A DNA stretch of 64,000 nucleotides from IMGVR_UViG_3300032053_000002:124001-188000; one strand, 5' to 3'; positions 1 to 8,837 are shown, counted from the first letter of the stretch. Numbers and translations: made by a program. Notes: generated by a model from the letters alone, not told the origin.

Positions 1-35
1 GAAAACGTTCTCTGATGCGGGTTGACATCGTTATA

Positions 36-65
36 CCGCTCCAGCTCCGCTCCAGCTCCGCTCCA
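36..65. repeat. 11-bp tandem repeat (CCGCTCCAGCT x2.7)
   Basis: Units at 36-46, 47-57 and partial 58-65 read directly. Confidence 0.8.
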
Positions 66-131
66 AATAGATATGGAGATTTTTTGCCCTGGAAAATAAC
101 TTACAGTTTGCAAAGAGTTATATAGTGGGAA

Positions 132-743
132 TTATAAGTTAATTTTTTTTATAGTGACATTGATTACAGGTGTTTGACGTAATAGCATATGATGATACTT
201 ATTCAGTGAGTCAATAGAGTTTTGTGTTAGTGTATCATCACTGATAAGTTTGTCGCGGATTTTTAGTATACTTTCCAATATATGAGGGCGAGTCCGTGAT
301 ATGTCGACCGTAGCCGCTACGGTCGCGACGTTTTTATAACCGCTATCTATATTCTTGTATAATTTTTCTATCTTAGCTAATAGATATATTTTCTTTATAT
401 AGCGAGTCGCCGCGGGGTGTTCCTTAATTATATGTTTAGTGAAATTGGGTCTATCGAAAAAGAATACAGTTTCCACATTTTCAATCAGCTTGAAATACTT
501 GGGATCATCTTTAAGGATGCCGCCGTTCGCAATACGATATATTTCTTCATGAGTACCTGTTAACTTTATTCTACTCGCCCCTTCTTTAATCTCGGCGACG
601 GTATTAAATACTTTCAGATTTTTCGGGAATGGAACTTCATATGATTCACCGACGTTAAAATGCGGTTCCCCATCTGAAATCTCTATCATTCCCACCGTAG
701 TAAAACGATAGCCGCTATCATTTATAAACTTATATGCCTTCAT
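132..743 (-). CDS. Hypothetical protein with the shared helical 'L..KL..L...LT...LN' module
   Basis: 203-aa ORF overlapping the next gene; LAKIEKLY...LTQNSIDSLNKYH. Confidence 0.75.
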   Translation of the reverse strand: MKAYKFINDSGYRFTTVGMIEISDGEPHFNVGESYEVPFPKNLKVFNTVAEIKEGASRIKLTGTHEEIYRIANGGILKDDPKYFKLIENVETVFFFDRPNFTKHIIKEHPAATRYIKKIYLLAKIEKLYKNIDSGYKNVATVAATVDISRTRPHILESILKIRDKLISDDTLTQNSIDSLNKYHHMLLRQTPVINVTIKKINL

Positions 744-1167
744 TGTTATACTTTCTATTTATCTTGTTCAACTTTTTAACTTCGTCGCCAGTCAATCTAG
801 ACCGATTAAACTTGGTGCCTTGTATTGTACCAGGCGCCAATAAGTCACGCGACGCAGGAGTTTTGCCAGCAGTAGAGAGAACTATAAATCTCGCTATAAT
901 TTCACCCACATAATCATGCGCCATCTTTGATCCAGGTCTGGTTGTATCATTCATACGTCCCAATGTAGCGTACAGTTTCAGTAATCTCCGATAGATATTA
1001 TACCCTTTATACAAACTTATAAACAGCTGCTTAGCAGTAGTTAAATTCCGCGATGCATAGGTTTTTGGTATATCTTTTAATGTTAGTTCCGATTCCACCA
1101 ATGAATATGTCGCCAGTACTTCACCGTTTTCCACGTACAGGTATTTAATCCATTTTCCAGGTAACAT
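730..1167 (-). CDS. Hypothetical protein, paralog of 12306-12731 and 12728-13219
   Basis: LYKGYNIYRRLLKL...RLTGDEVKKLNKINR matches LYKGTTIWRRLKEL...RLTDEEVKMLNKINR. Confidence 0.8.
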   Translation of the reverse strand: MLPGKWIKYLYVENGEVLATYSLVESELTLKDIPKTYASRNLTTAKQLFISLYKGYNIYRRLLKLYATLGRMNDTTRPGSKMAHDYVGEIIARFIVLSTAGKTPASRDLLAPGTIQGTKFNRSRLTGDEVKKLNKINRKYNNEGI

Positions 1168-1172
1168 ATTCC

Positions 1173-3425
1173 TTAATTCCTTTTAATCGTCGAGAACAAA
1201 GAATTCAACTCTTTAGCAAGCGGAACCAGTTGATCAACCCTGATGAAGCGACTATCCTTACCGTACATTTCGCGGAAAGTTACAGCGGAACTAGACGTGG
1301 TATCTACGCGATCACTTACGAAAAAGGACATAACCCGAATACCGTTTGCTCTCATTTTATCTACGGCTTCTTTTGTCAGAGTTTCAATATCCTTAATCCC
1401 ATTATAGCTGTTAGGTTCACCGTCGCTGATGTTGATGAAGTACGATACTTTTCCGACACTACTATTAAGTATTTCTTTCATCGTCGCCTCGAAACACAAT
1501 CCTTCGGGAGTACCACCAGTGGAACACATCATAGAGAAGTATTTACGAAACTTACCGAAACTGTCTTTGCGACTATCATACGCAAGCAGAACCGTCGGCG
1601 CTTGCATACCATTAGTAACGTAGTAATCCCACCGAAGAGAAATCATAACTTTTAAGTTATTCACCTGAGTAGCAGCGTAGGCTAAAGCCGACACCATAGT
1701 CATCGTCCTATTCCACTTATCACCCCCCATAGACGATGACGCGTCAATACTAATATGTAGCATCGCTTCACCGAAAGTGTCCTTAGTAACCTGTGAAAAG
1801 ACAGATTCCAAATCATATCCCAGTCCGTGAAGTAACCGTTTTTCCAGATGGCCGGTTTGTTTACGAATAAGTTTAGTAACCTTTGTCTCGTTACGAATCT
1901 GTAAGCGATTCGCCAACATCTTGCCTAACCGAATTCCGAGATTGACATACGTTTCAGACGGCTTACGATTGGAGTTATGAAATAAACTATCGCGCATCAA
2001 ATGCATCGACTCGTCGTTCAGTTCGCGAATGACAACTACTTGTACACCTTCTTTACTTTCACCATGACTGTCAGATTCAGTACCGGTAGCGCCATCACCA
2101 ACTTTAGTTTTTTTCCCACCAACGTTCTCAACCGTCGTACCGGACGCATCCATTGCGTTAATTATTTCGTGCTCGTCTTTAGTGATAGCACCTTTCTTTA
2201 CTTTTCCATTTACCAGTTCTTTTATTTCTTCAATAGCCTTTTTCAACTGTTTTTTCTGTTCTTTTGTCAGTTCATCTCCAGATTGTGGCGTTCCGTCTCC
2301 GACATTAACCATATCACCGTCTTGCAACTTATCTATTGGGTTATCGTGTTTCGAATCACCGTCATCTTTTTTATCACCGTCTTTGCTGTCGCCAGAGTCT
2401 TTGTCTTTTTTATCACTACCGTCAGAGTCTTTATCTTTTTTATCACTGTCGCCAGAACCGCCACCACTATCACCAGATTCTTCTCCACCATCACCGCTAT
2501 CGCCAGATTCTTTTTCATCACCACTATCTTTTGTCTGCGACTCATCACCGGTTTCCGTAGGTTTATTTAACGGATGGTCAACCGGAAGCGGGTCAATGTT
2601 TTCTAACACAACCGTAAAAATCTTTTCGGCGACTATACGAGAATCGGACGTACTTTCCAGGCGGTCGATATTGTCAATATCAAATATGTTACTGATTTTA
2701 TCTAAACCAGGAAGTGCATTCAGGTCAATGTTACTTTTATCAGACGCCAGACCGTAGAAGCGAAAATGATAACTTTCAAGATTTCTCTCGCGATAGTAAC
2801 TTGATTTCAATCCAAGAGCAACTATTTTCGCGTTCCAATATCTATTATACAACGATGTATAATATGGTCTATAACCGATAACTTTGTCCATCATAATACG
2901 GTCAATGCGACGATCTTCAATAAAGTTCCAGTAGTCAAAGAACAACTTTTCCAACTCTTCTTTATTGGTTATGTTTTTTGTAGCGGCTAAAGCCGTGATT
3001 GATGGGGTTACATTTATAGTTCCAGTTTTAAGAAACTCACTGTACAATATGTGACTGGACTCGTGGAGTGCTAACCCGACAACCGTATCAAAATCTTTGT
3101 TAGTAACGTTAGCACTAATAAAGACATTTTTACTGTCGGTCATACTATGATCTTGAACGTTAAACAATACTTTGATTTTTTTGTCGCGAGTCGCGATGTG
3201 GACAAACCTGGCGACCGCTCTGCGAATAGACGACATTTCGATAAGCGATTTCTTATCTTTTTCTTCTGGGATAGCACGTAGCCAGTAACGAGAATACAGA
3301 TTGGCGGTAGAGTAATCTTCATCTTCCCGAAAACCAAATCGCGTCTTGAAGAAATCTTTCGCCATTTCCTTATCGTATGCTTCGTCGGCTTTATTTTTGC
3401 CACCGAATAAGTTTTTTATACTCAA
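1173..3425 (-). CDS. vWA-domain protein with N-terminal HExxH metallopeptidase-like domain (CobT-like partner of MoxR ATPase)
   Basis: HESSH (aa121-125) followed by IEDRRID; D/G/S/K-rich linker; C-terminal MIDAS motifs IDASSSM, GGTPEG, ISDGEP. Confidence 0.85.
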   Translation of the reverse strand: MSIKNLFGGKNKADEAYDKEMAKDFFKTRFGFREDEDYSTANLYSRYWLRAIPEEKDKKSLIEMSSIRRAVARFVHIATRDKKIKVLFNVQDHSMTDSKNVFISANVTNKDFDTVVGLALHESSHILYSEFLKTGTINVTPSITALAATKNITNKEELEKLFFDYWNFIEDRRIDRIMMDKVIGYRPYYTSLYNRYWNAKIVALGLKSSYYRERNLESYHFRFYGLASDKSNIDLNALPGLDKISNIFDIDNIDRLESTSDSRIVAEKIFTVVLENIDPLPVDHPLNKPTETGDESQTKDSGDEKESGDSGDGGEESGDSGGGSGDSDKKDKDSDGSDKKDKDSGDSKDGDKKDDGDSKHDNPIDKLQDGDMVNVGDGTPQSGDELTKEQKKQLKKAIEEIKELVNGKVKKGAITKDEHEIINAMDASGTTVENVGGKKTKVGDGATGTESDSHGESKEGVQVVVIRELNDESMHLMRDSLFHNSNRKPSETYVNLGIRLGKMLANRLQIRNETKVTKLIRKQTGHLEKRLLHGLGYDLESVFSQVTKDTFGEAMLHISIDASSSMGGDKWNRTMTMVSALAYAATQVNNLKVMISLRWDYYVTNGMQAPTVLLAYDSRKDSFGKFRKYFSMMCSTGGTPEGLCFEATMKEILNSSVGKVSYFINISDGEPNSYNGIKDIETLTKEAVDKMRANGIRVMSFFVSDRVDTTSSSAVTFREMYGKDSRFIRVDQLVPLAKELNSLFSTIKRN

Positions 3426-3455
3426 TCTATCTTTCCTTCTTTAATTGTATACCTA

Positions 3456-3527
3456 AATATACCACCCCCCGGCGTATCAGTCAACTGTTATTTTAACTAT
3501 TTTTTTAACCATATGAATTATTTCACA
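3456..3527 (-). promoter_or_regulatory. Sigma70-type promoter P1 with UP element and palindromic box
   Basis: TTGACT (3484-3479)-17 bp-TATATT (3461-3456); box TATGAA-TTAT-TTCACA at 3512-3527. Confidence 0.8.
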
Positions 3528-3540
3528 TGACCGTTCCTGG

Positions 3541-3584
3541 AAAAAAAGAAATACCCCCTGCACATAATGTATAGGGGGTATTTC
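3541..3584 (-). terminator. Intrinsic terminator after the AAA+ ATPase gene
   Basis: GAAATACCCCCT / AGGGGGTATTTC 12-bp stem followed by T7 on the minus strand. Confidence 0.85.
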
Positions 3585-3603
3585 GCCTTCTTAGGGAAGG
3601 ATT

Positions 3604-4911
3604 TTACATTAAGTCATCTTGATGAAACAGGTCGCCAGATCCAGCCACGACCGGTTCAACTTCTTCTTTTTCCTTTTTCTCTTTTTTCGGCTCTTTGACT
3701 ACATCTTTTTCGAACAGCGGCTCGGCGTCGAGGTTACTATATTGCTGAATGAACTGCAACAGATGTGTTCTTTCGGAATCGGCACCACCTTCACCGGAAA
3801 ACATATTCACCACACTGGCTTCCATCACTTCACTGAAAGTAAACCCATCGTTCAACATGCTAACCTGCGCGACAGTGGAGCGGATAGAAATCATGGTAGT
3901 CAGGGTTGGCGCTTCACTGGTAGCCTCTTTACGAGTATACCCGGCAACAGCAACAATACCCTTAATAAGTTTCTGGTTAATTTCAGGATATAAAAGTTTT
4001 AACAACTTGAATTCTTCGGCTTCAGTAGGAATATCCATTTCAATCATGACCGGAAAACGGTCTTTCGTAGCACGATCAATGATACGAGTAGCGGTGTATT
4101 CACCACCGACGTTAGCGGTCGTAAAGAACGTTACTCCAGGAGCGACATTGATTACAGGTGTTTTCGGGTCTTCATCCAACCGCACATAACGCTGATCCGG
4201 ATCGAGAATCGTCATAAGGATATTTTCAGCATCAGGATTGGCACGAGTTATTTCGTCCAAGAGAATTACAGCACCCGGTGTCGTAATGGCTTTGATAAAC
4301 TCAGACTTGACGAAGTAAGTACCGGTTTCCTTATTGAAGTGTGTGTTACCGATTAAAGTAGCACGAGCGTCCTGTGTAGCCCCAAGATTAAACTTGAAGA
4401 ACGGGCGACCCAGAACTTTACCGATAGTGCGACCGGTAAGTGTTTTACCGAATCCACTATAACCCGTAAAGATGATATTCTGGCCACGAAGAGCAGAGTG
4501 CACCGCATACTTCCATTTCAGTTCAGCCAATATGAGGGTCTTCGGTTTCAGTGAGATTGCGTTCTTGATAGCAGTACGTACATCTTCATCAGATGGGGTT
4601 ACGTATCCTGTATATTCAGATGGAGTAGTCGCCTCGACTGTGGGGTTGGCGACAACCGAAGTAGGCATAAGTGTAGAACCGTTACTATATTCATAGTCAA
4701 CGGGAACTTCATCGGCTTTCAAACGACGCCAGAAAACATTACCGGCCTTCGATACCACTTTTCCTAAGTAGATACCGTGGTCAGCCGCATGGCGACGAGC
4801 GCCGTAAGGTATTGGTTCGCTATACATCTTCTCCGTCTTGATTTCAATCGGGTTCAGATGAGAACCATCGCGAACGACTTTAACGATTACTAAAAATTTT
4901 GGTGATTTCAT
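3604..4911 (-). CDS. MoxR/CbbQ/CobS-type AAA+ ATPase
   Basis: Walker A GYSGFGKT, Walker B LLDEITRA, LIG..HF pre-sensor insert, TANVG sensor I, DRF arginine finger; adjacent vWA gene. Confidence 0.9.
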   Translation of the reverse strand: MKSPKFLVIVKVVRDGSHLNPIEIKTEKMYSEPIPYGARRHAADHGIYLGKVVSKAGNVFWRRLKADEVPVDYEYSNGSTLMPTSVVANPTVEATTPSEYTGYVTPSDEDVRTAIKNAISLKPKTLILAELKWKYAVHSALRGQNIIFTGYSGFGKTLTGRTIGKVLGRPFFKFNLGATQDARATLIGNTHFNKETGTYFVKSEFIKAITTPGAVILLDEITRANPDAENILMTILDPDQRYVRLDEDPKTPVINVAPGVTFFTTANVGGEYTATRIIDRATKDRFPVMIEMDIPTEAEEFKLLKLLYPEINQKLIKGIVAVAGYTRKEATSEAPTLTTMISIRSTVAQVSMLNDGFTFSEVMEASVVNMFSGEGGADSERTHLLQFIQQYSNLDAEPLFEKDVVKEPKKEKKEKEEVEPVVAGSGDLFHQDDLM

Positions 4912-4944
4912 GTAACTTTATTCCTTCCCTAAATTGTATACTTA

Positions 4945-5016
4945 AATATACCAAATCCCGGCTTACTAGTCAACTGCTATTTTAACTATTTTTTCAGCCT
5001 TGTGAATTATTTCACT
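4945..5016 (-). promoter_or_regulatory. Sigma70-type promoter P2 with UP element and palindromic box
   Basis: TTGACT (4973-4968)-17-TATATT (4950-4945); TGTGAA-TTAT-TTCACT at 5001-5016. Confidence 0.8.
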
Positions 5017-5296
5017 TGACCTTTTTCTTAGCGAATTCTGAAAACGTATCACTCTTTCGAGCGACAGTCGCTACTTTCATTAACCGCTTACCGAACACCC
5101 GATCACAATCTTTGTCAGCAAGAGTTTTCTCTATTCTTTGCTGAACTTTCGCCACAAGCGCCGGGTGGATGTTAAAAGACGTAACCTTATATCCCCATTC
5201 CCGAACTTCAAACTTGAATATGCCCACCTTTTTAGGCATTCGTTTCAGTATCGTTAAAGTCAGACGATTATCCTGTTCCTTAAATATCGCTTTCAT
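5012..5296 (-). CDS. Hypothetical basic protein
   Basis: 94-aa ORF tightly tiled with its neighbours. Confidence 0.7.
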   Translation of the reverse strand: MKAIFKEQDNRLTLTILKRMPKKVGIFKFEVREWGYKVTSFNIHPALVAKVQQRIEKTLADKDCDRVFGKRLMKVATVARKSDTFSEFAKKKVK

Positions 5297-5503
5297 TTAT
5301 AGCGCTCCCATTCTTTTTAATTTGTTAATTGCGGTATGCAGTTCGTGGCAAAGATATTTATGCGCAACAAACTTTTCAACATCCTCTTCTTTTCGAGCAC
5401 GGTGAACTATCGTATAGCGTTTGGATTCCTTAACCCACCCAAATACCAGCCATTCGCGATGCCCCCTCAATGTCTTAAATAATCTTGGTCTTCCCGATTT
5501 CAT
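5297..5503 (-). CDS. Hypothetical protein
   Basis: 68-aa ORF, stop/start coupled with neighbours. Confidence 0.65.
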   Translation of the reverse strand: MKSGRPRLFKTLRGHREWLVFGWVKESKRYTIVHRARKEEDVEKFVAHKYLCHELHTAINKLKRMGAL

Positions 5504-5952
5504 TATACTTGTTCCTTGTTATATTTCATGTATATTTTATTTAATTTTGTCGCCACCTTTTCACCTATCGGAATCTTCTCATCGGATGAAATGGCTCTTA
5601 ATACGGTTAGTATCAACATGCACGACTCTACCTCGTCACGATCTTCCCCCACAGCAATTAACTGTAATTTTTTCAGCTTCTCATATAGTATCGTAAAATC
5701 TTTTAATTCCACGACTTTCGCTTTGTAAATGTATAAAATTTCGCCTCTTTTGTATTTATCTACTTTCGGCGTATTATTAGGATCAGAATGTCGTATATCA
5801 AATACCATACTAAAAGTACCGCTGGCATTCCCATACAAATCGACTGTGCCCGACCAGGGTTCGGCAGGTTCTATCAAAGAACCACCTAACCCCTGCTTCT
5901 CGTACCCGTCTTTTTTATCGAATTCTATTATCTTGTATACCATATCAATCAT
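5503..5952 (-). CDS. Hypothetical protein with the shared helical module
   Basis: LYEKLKKL...VATKLNKIYMKY at the C-terminus. Confidence 0.7.
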   Translation of the reverse strand: MIDMVYKIIEFDKKDGYEKQGLGGSLIEPAEPWSGTVDLYGNASGTFSMVFDIRHSDPNNTPKVDKYKRGEILYIYKAKVVELKDFTILYEKLKKLQLIAVGEDRDEVESCMLILTVLRAISSDEKIPIGEKVATKLNKIYMKYNKEQV

Positions 5953-6202
5953 TTATCAGTAAAAGTTTCATCCCATCGATGGAAACATATCTCCAGCCAT
6001 GCGTTTCTCCTTCACCATCTTTGTCGGCTCCAGAAAATATAAAGGTTCGTTTTTCTCCAGTACTCTCGTTCAACACAGTAACACAATTGTATAAGTGATG
6101 GTTTTTCACACGACCACTCAAATCACTCCATTCCCATGCCAGTGTCCGGGTTTTCTTATCCCACCCATTTTTCATCAGTTGGTTATTTACAGTGATTATC
6201 AT
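5945..6202 (-). CDS. Hypothetical protein
   Basis: 85-aa ORF overlapping the next gene by 8 bp. Confidence 0.7.
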   Translation of the reverse strand: MIITVNNQLMKNGWDKKTRTLAWEWSDLSGRVKNHHLYNCVTVLNESTGEKRTFIFSGADKDGEGETHGWRYVSIDGMKLLLIND

Positions 6203-6203
6203 A

Positions 6204-6344
6204 TTATTTGATCCTCTTTGATGTTAAAAAACTGTAGATGACGTACATAACTGCGGCGAATGCGAACAGCATCGGTTCCGTTATCAGTAAGTAAGTCAGT
6301 ATCGCGACAACAAATATCGTTTCAAATGTCGCCTTCAATATCAT
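6204..6344 (-). CDS. Small membrane protein (46 aa, not in ORF track)
   Basis: Manual translation MILKATFETIFVVAILTYLLITEPMLFAFAAVMYVIYSFLTSKRIK; first gene after promoter P3. Confidence 0.6.
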   Translation of the reverse strand: MILKATFETIFVVAILTYLLITEPMLFAFAAVMYVIYSFLTSKRIK

Positions 6345-6374
6345 TTTTTTATTCACTTTACTTTTCATATTCAT

Positions 6375-6445
6375 ATATTACATCTTTCCGAATTATCAGT
6401 CAAATTATATTTTAACTATTTTTATTCTTTGTGAAAAATTTCACT
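6375..6445 (-). promoter_or_regulatory. Sigma70-type promoter P3 with palindromic box
   Basis: TTGACT (6403-6398)-17-TAATAT (6380-6375); TGTGAA-AAAT-TTCACT at 6430-6445. Confidence 0.75.
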
Positions 6446-6469
6446 TTATTTGTGTCCTATTTTTTAATT

Positions 6470-6781
6470 TTAATGCCAGTTAGTCTGATATACGGAACTT
6501 CCACTCCATACGTACGCGCGTTCAAAAGAAGAGATCGATATAAACTCGCGACCATCTTTGGTAAGTTTTACCTTTTTCATTTTATTTTCCATACGAGCAT
6601 AGTCATTACCGGCATTTAGGTCAGGTATAACGTAGTCGCTTAAACCGGTTTCCCTCTTCACGATCTTCTGCCCCACTCCGACAACCTTCACAGACTTAGC
6701 GGTCACGGCAACCACTTTATAAAAGTTTACGTTGGTCTGTTCATAACCCCAGCAACTTACGAGAATGTCATTTACTTTCAT
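6470..6781 (-). CDS. Hypothetical phage protein (WGYEQTNVNFY motif)
   Basis: Start moved to ATG at 6781 behind AAGGG RBS; motif recalled from phage hypothetical proteins. Confidence 0.75.
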   Translation of the reverse strand: MKVNDILVSCWGYEQTNVNFYKVVAVTAKSVKVVGVGQKIVKRETGLSDYVIPDLNAGNDYARMENKMKKVKLTKDGREFISISSFERAYVWSGSSVYQTNWH

Positions 6782-6783
6782 TA

Positions 6784-6981
6784 TTATTTCCCTTTTAGTT
6801 TTAGTGTCAACATAAATGGATACAACCGCGTCAACCACTTTTCTACTTCTTCCAAAAGTGTTTCGTCAGAAACCGTTGATTTTGTCCGTGGTCTTAGCCA
6901 AGCTGCGAGTTCTTTTTTTATTTCGTCGAATGGACGAGTAGTGTCAATCGTAAACGGTGCGTCATTTTTTGATTTACTCAT
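6784..6981 (-). CDS. Hypothetical protein
   Basis: 65-aa ORF in the operon. Confidence 0.65.
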   Translation of the reverse strand: MSKSKNDAPFTIDTTRPFDEIKKELAAWLRPRTKSTVSDETLLEEVEKWLTRLYPFMLTLKLKGK

Positions 6982-7076
6982 TTTATTTATGTCCTATTTT
7001 TTTACTTACCAGTGAATGTATCGTATAGCACATCGCCAGATTCGCGGCGACAACTACTAAAACAACGACTACCATT

Positions 7077-7442
7077 TTAATTAGTCCTCGACTTGGATGC
7101 ACGTAACCAGTCAGTATTGACTACTACCGGAACGACATCAGTGATCTTACCATTAGCAACTTTCGCTAACTGACCAATATATTTTTTGATTCTACGTTTG
7201 ATGATGGCGAACTGCTTGTCAGTGATAAACCCAAACCGTGAATAGAAGTTACCGATGCTGGTAAATATCTCACCATCGACACCAGTGAACCCCACTCCAT
7301 TATCTTCGGTCGTACCAACGAATGATTTTTCGCCACGAGTCTGAAGAGAATAGATTCTCAGGAAACCCTTGAATATGGCGTAGTCATTGTCTATCAGCAT
7401 ATTCGCTATATCTTCTTTATTATACTTTGGTTTTGTTTTCAT
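7077..7442 (-). CDS. Hypothetical phage protein (IY..QT..E...NGVGF..D motif)
   Basis: 121-aa ORF directly after promoter P4. Confidence 0.75.
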   Translation of the reverse strand: MKTKPKYNKEDIANMLIDNDYAIFKGFLRIYSLQTRGEKSFVGTTEDNGVGFTGVDGEIFTSIGNFYSRFGFITDKQFAIIKRRIKKYIGQLAKVANGKITDVVPVVVNTDWLRASKSRTN

Positions 7443-7450
7443 AATAGTAT

Positions 7451-7634
7451 AATATACAATTCCTCAGTATAACAGTCAAATTATTTTTTAACTATTCTTA
7501 CAGAGTGTGAAATTATTCACAAGATCGTCGCCGTGACTGGCGACTTGCCATCCCGAGCCTTGTGAAGTTTTTCACAAAGTAGCGGCTCAGCTTGACGCGA
7601 GCAAGCGGCCGGCCGCGTTGTGAAATTTTTCACA
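7451..7634 (-). promoter_or_regulatory. Sigma70-type promoter P4 with three palindromic boxes
   Basis: TTGACT (7479-7474)-17-TATATT (7456-7451); boxes at 7506-7521, 7561-7576, 7619-7634 (last two are perfect TTGTGAA-N4-TTCACAA). Confidence 0.85.
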
Positions 7635-7644
7635 AGCGACTGTA

Positions 7645-8000
7645 ATAAAAAAGTCCTACGTCCGTGACTTCCATGTAGCCTCGGGTTGCGATCCCGTTCG
7701 TCATGGCCTCGTCACGTAATTCGTAGGACTTTTCTCACCTAAGTCGTTTCCGACTGTCCACATTACCTGCTAGCCGGCGGGATAGTTGGATGGGCGACGA
7801 CTCCCATCATCTCATACCGACACATACGGCCGGTGCGCCTTTCTTCCTTAGACCACAACTATTTTCGGTGATTCTCGCGATTTCTGCCGAATTCGCGATA
7901 CTTTTATTCATTTCTCAAAGAACAAAAGAGTGCCCCGTAGGACACCCCCGAACGTTCTCCCGGGGAGTGTCCTCCACGCGGGTATACGTTCCATATTTGA
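7645..8000 (-). ncRNA. Candidate ~350-nt structured RNA (may encode a 34-aa peptide)
   Basis: Lies between promoter P5 and an 85-nt hairpin plus U-tract; hairpins at 7939-7973, 7789-7808, 7742-7755 (GAAA loop) and 7649-7733. Confidence 0.5.
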
Positions 8001-8006
8001 TATACT

Positions 8007-8035
8007 AATATACAACTTCTTGGCGAGAAAGTCAA
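8007..8035 (-). promoter_or_regulatory. Sigma70-type promoter P5
   Basis: TTGACT (8035-8030)-17-TATATT (8012-8007) with the same UP element TAGTTAAAATAACAG. Confidence 0.8.
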
Positions 8036-8043
8036 CTGTTATT

Positions 8044-8223
8044 TTAACTAAATGGGGAATCTCGATCTTCTAACTCGTCGAGCGTACGCTTGAAATCTTC
8101 GAGCGTCTCAATATATTTCAACTTCAGCTGCTTGTTTTCTTTAAGCAATCGCTCCACTTCCTTCTTCAACTCGGAGATGGTTTTCAGCATCTCGATCTTA
8201 TTCTTTAGTTCAGCGGTAGTCAT
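8044..8223 (-). CDS. Small coiled-coil protein (59 aa, not in ORF track)
   Basis: Manual translation MTTAELKNKIEMLKTISELKKEVERLLKENKQLKLKYIETLEDFKRTLDELEDRDSPFS. Confidence 0.65.
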   Translation of the reverse strand: MTTAELKNKIEMLKTISELKKEVERLLKENKQLKLKYIETLEDFKRTLDELEDRDSPFS

Positions 8224-8249
8224 ATCTTATCCTTATTTTTAAGTCTTAG

Positions 8250-8474
8250 TTATAGAACAAAAAAAACCGCTCGGTTCTTTCCAACCTTTTCATACGTCAA
8301 CACCCTTGAAGGGCGGAAATCGCTCAAATAACCGGCGAGTTCATCCAAAGAATCGAAATACTTCGGCGAAAAAAACTTATCAGGATCGGGGTCTTTTTCC
8401 AATACCCATCGCTTGTTGAGCATTTTGCGCCGATTTTTGACCTTGTTGGCGAAATAATGGTCGGTGGTTTTCAT
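8250..8474 (-). CDS. Hypothetical protein
   Basis: 74-aa ORF, AAGGAA RBS. Confidence 0.65.
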   Translation of the reverse strand: MKTTDHYFANKVKNRRKMLNKRWVLEKDPDPDKFFSPKYFDSLDELAGYLSDFRPSRVLTYEKVGKNRAVFFVL

Positions 8475-8504
8475 ATATTGTTTCCTTTTTTTATATTTTA
8501 ATCT

Positions 8505-8580
8505 TGGGGTGCACGGTGAGATTCGAACTCACGCTCCGCGGGTCACAGCCGCGTAATGCTACCGCTACATCACGCGCACC
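8505..8580 (-). tRNA. tRNA-His (GUG)
   Basis: Cloverleaf: G-1, acceptor GTGCGCG/CGTGCAC, anticodon arm CGCGG-CT GTG AC-CCGCG, TTCGAAT loop, C73 and encoded CCA. Confidence 0.95.
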
Positions 8581-8587
8581 ATATATT

Positions 8588-8770
8588 TTATCCTGAGAAA
8601 GCTTTTTCCAATGTTATTCGTTGCAACACTTCCCAGTATAACTTCGGCATTGCCTTCTTATCGATCATTTCCGATATATTCCGAGCCGATCCGAATTCGT
8701 CTTCAAAAGCCTGTTCGGACTTCTCAATGTACTTTTTTACTTCTTTTAAAAACGTCATGTTACTCTTCAC
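8588..8770 (-). CDS. Hypothetical protein
   Basis: GTG start at 8770 behind AAGGAG, downstream of promoter P6; the track start at 8809 overlaps the promoter. Confidence 0.65.
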   Translation of the reverse strand: MKSNMTFLKEVKKYIEKSEQAFEDEFGSARNISEMIDKKAMPKLYWEVLQRITLEKAFSG

Positions 8771-8799
8771 GGCGAAACTCTCCTTAATTTTTATACTAT

Positions 8800-8828
8800 A
8801 ATATAACACCTATCAGCTTACCAGTCAA
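8800..8828 (-). promoter_or_regulatory. Sigma70-type promoter P6
   Basis: TTGACT (8828-8823)-17-TATATT (8805-8800). Confidence 0.8.
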
Positions 8829-8837
8829 CTGCTATTT

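Noticed and set aside
2250-2560. DNA repeats inside the vWA gene as a separate element
   Set aside because: They simply encode the D/K/G/S low-complexity linker
1173-4911. Cobaltochelatase CobST / cobalamin biosynthesis
   Set aside because: No cobN or other cob genes; the similarity is only at the MoxR-vWA family level
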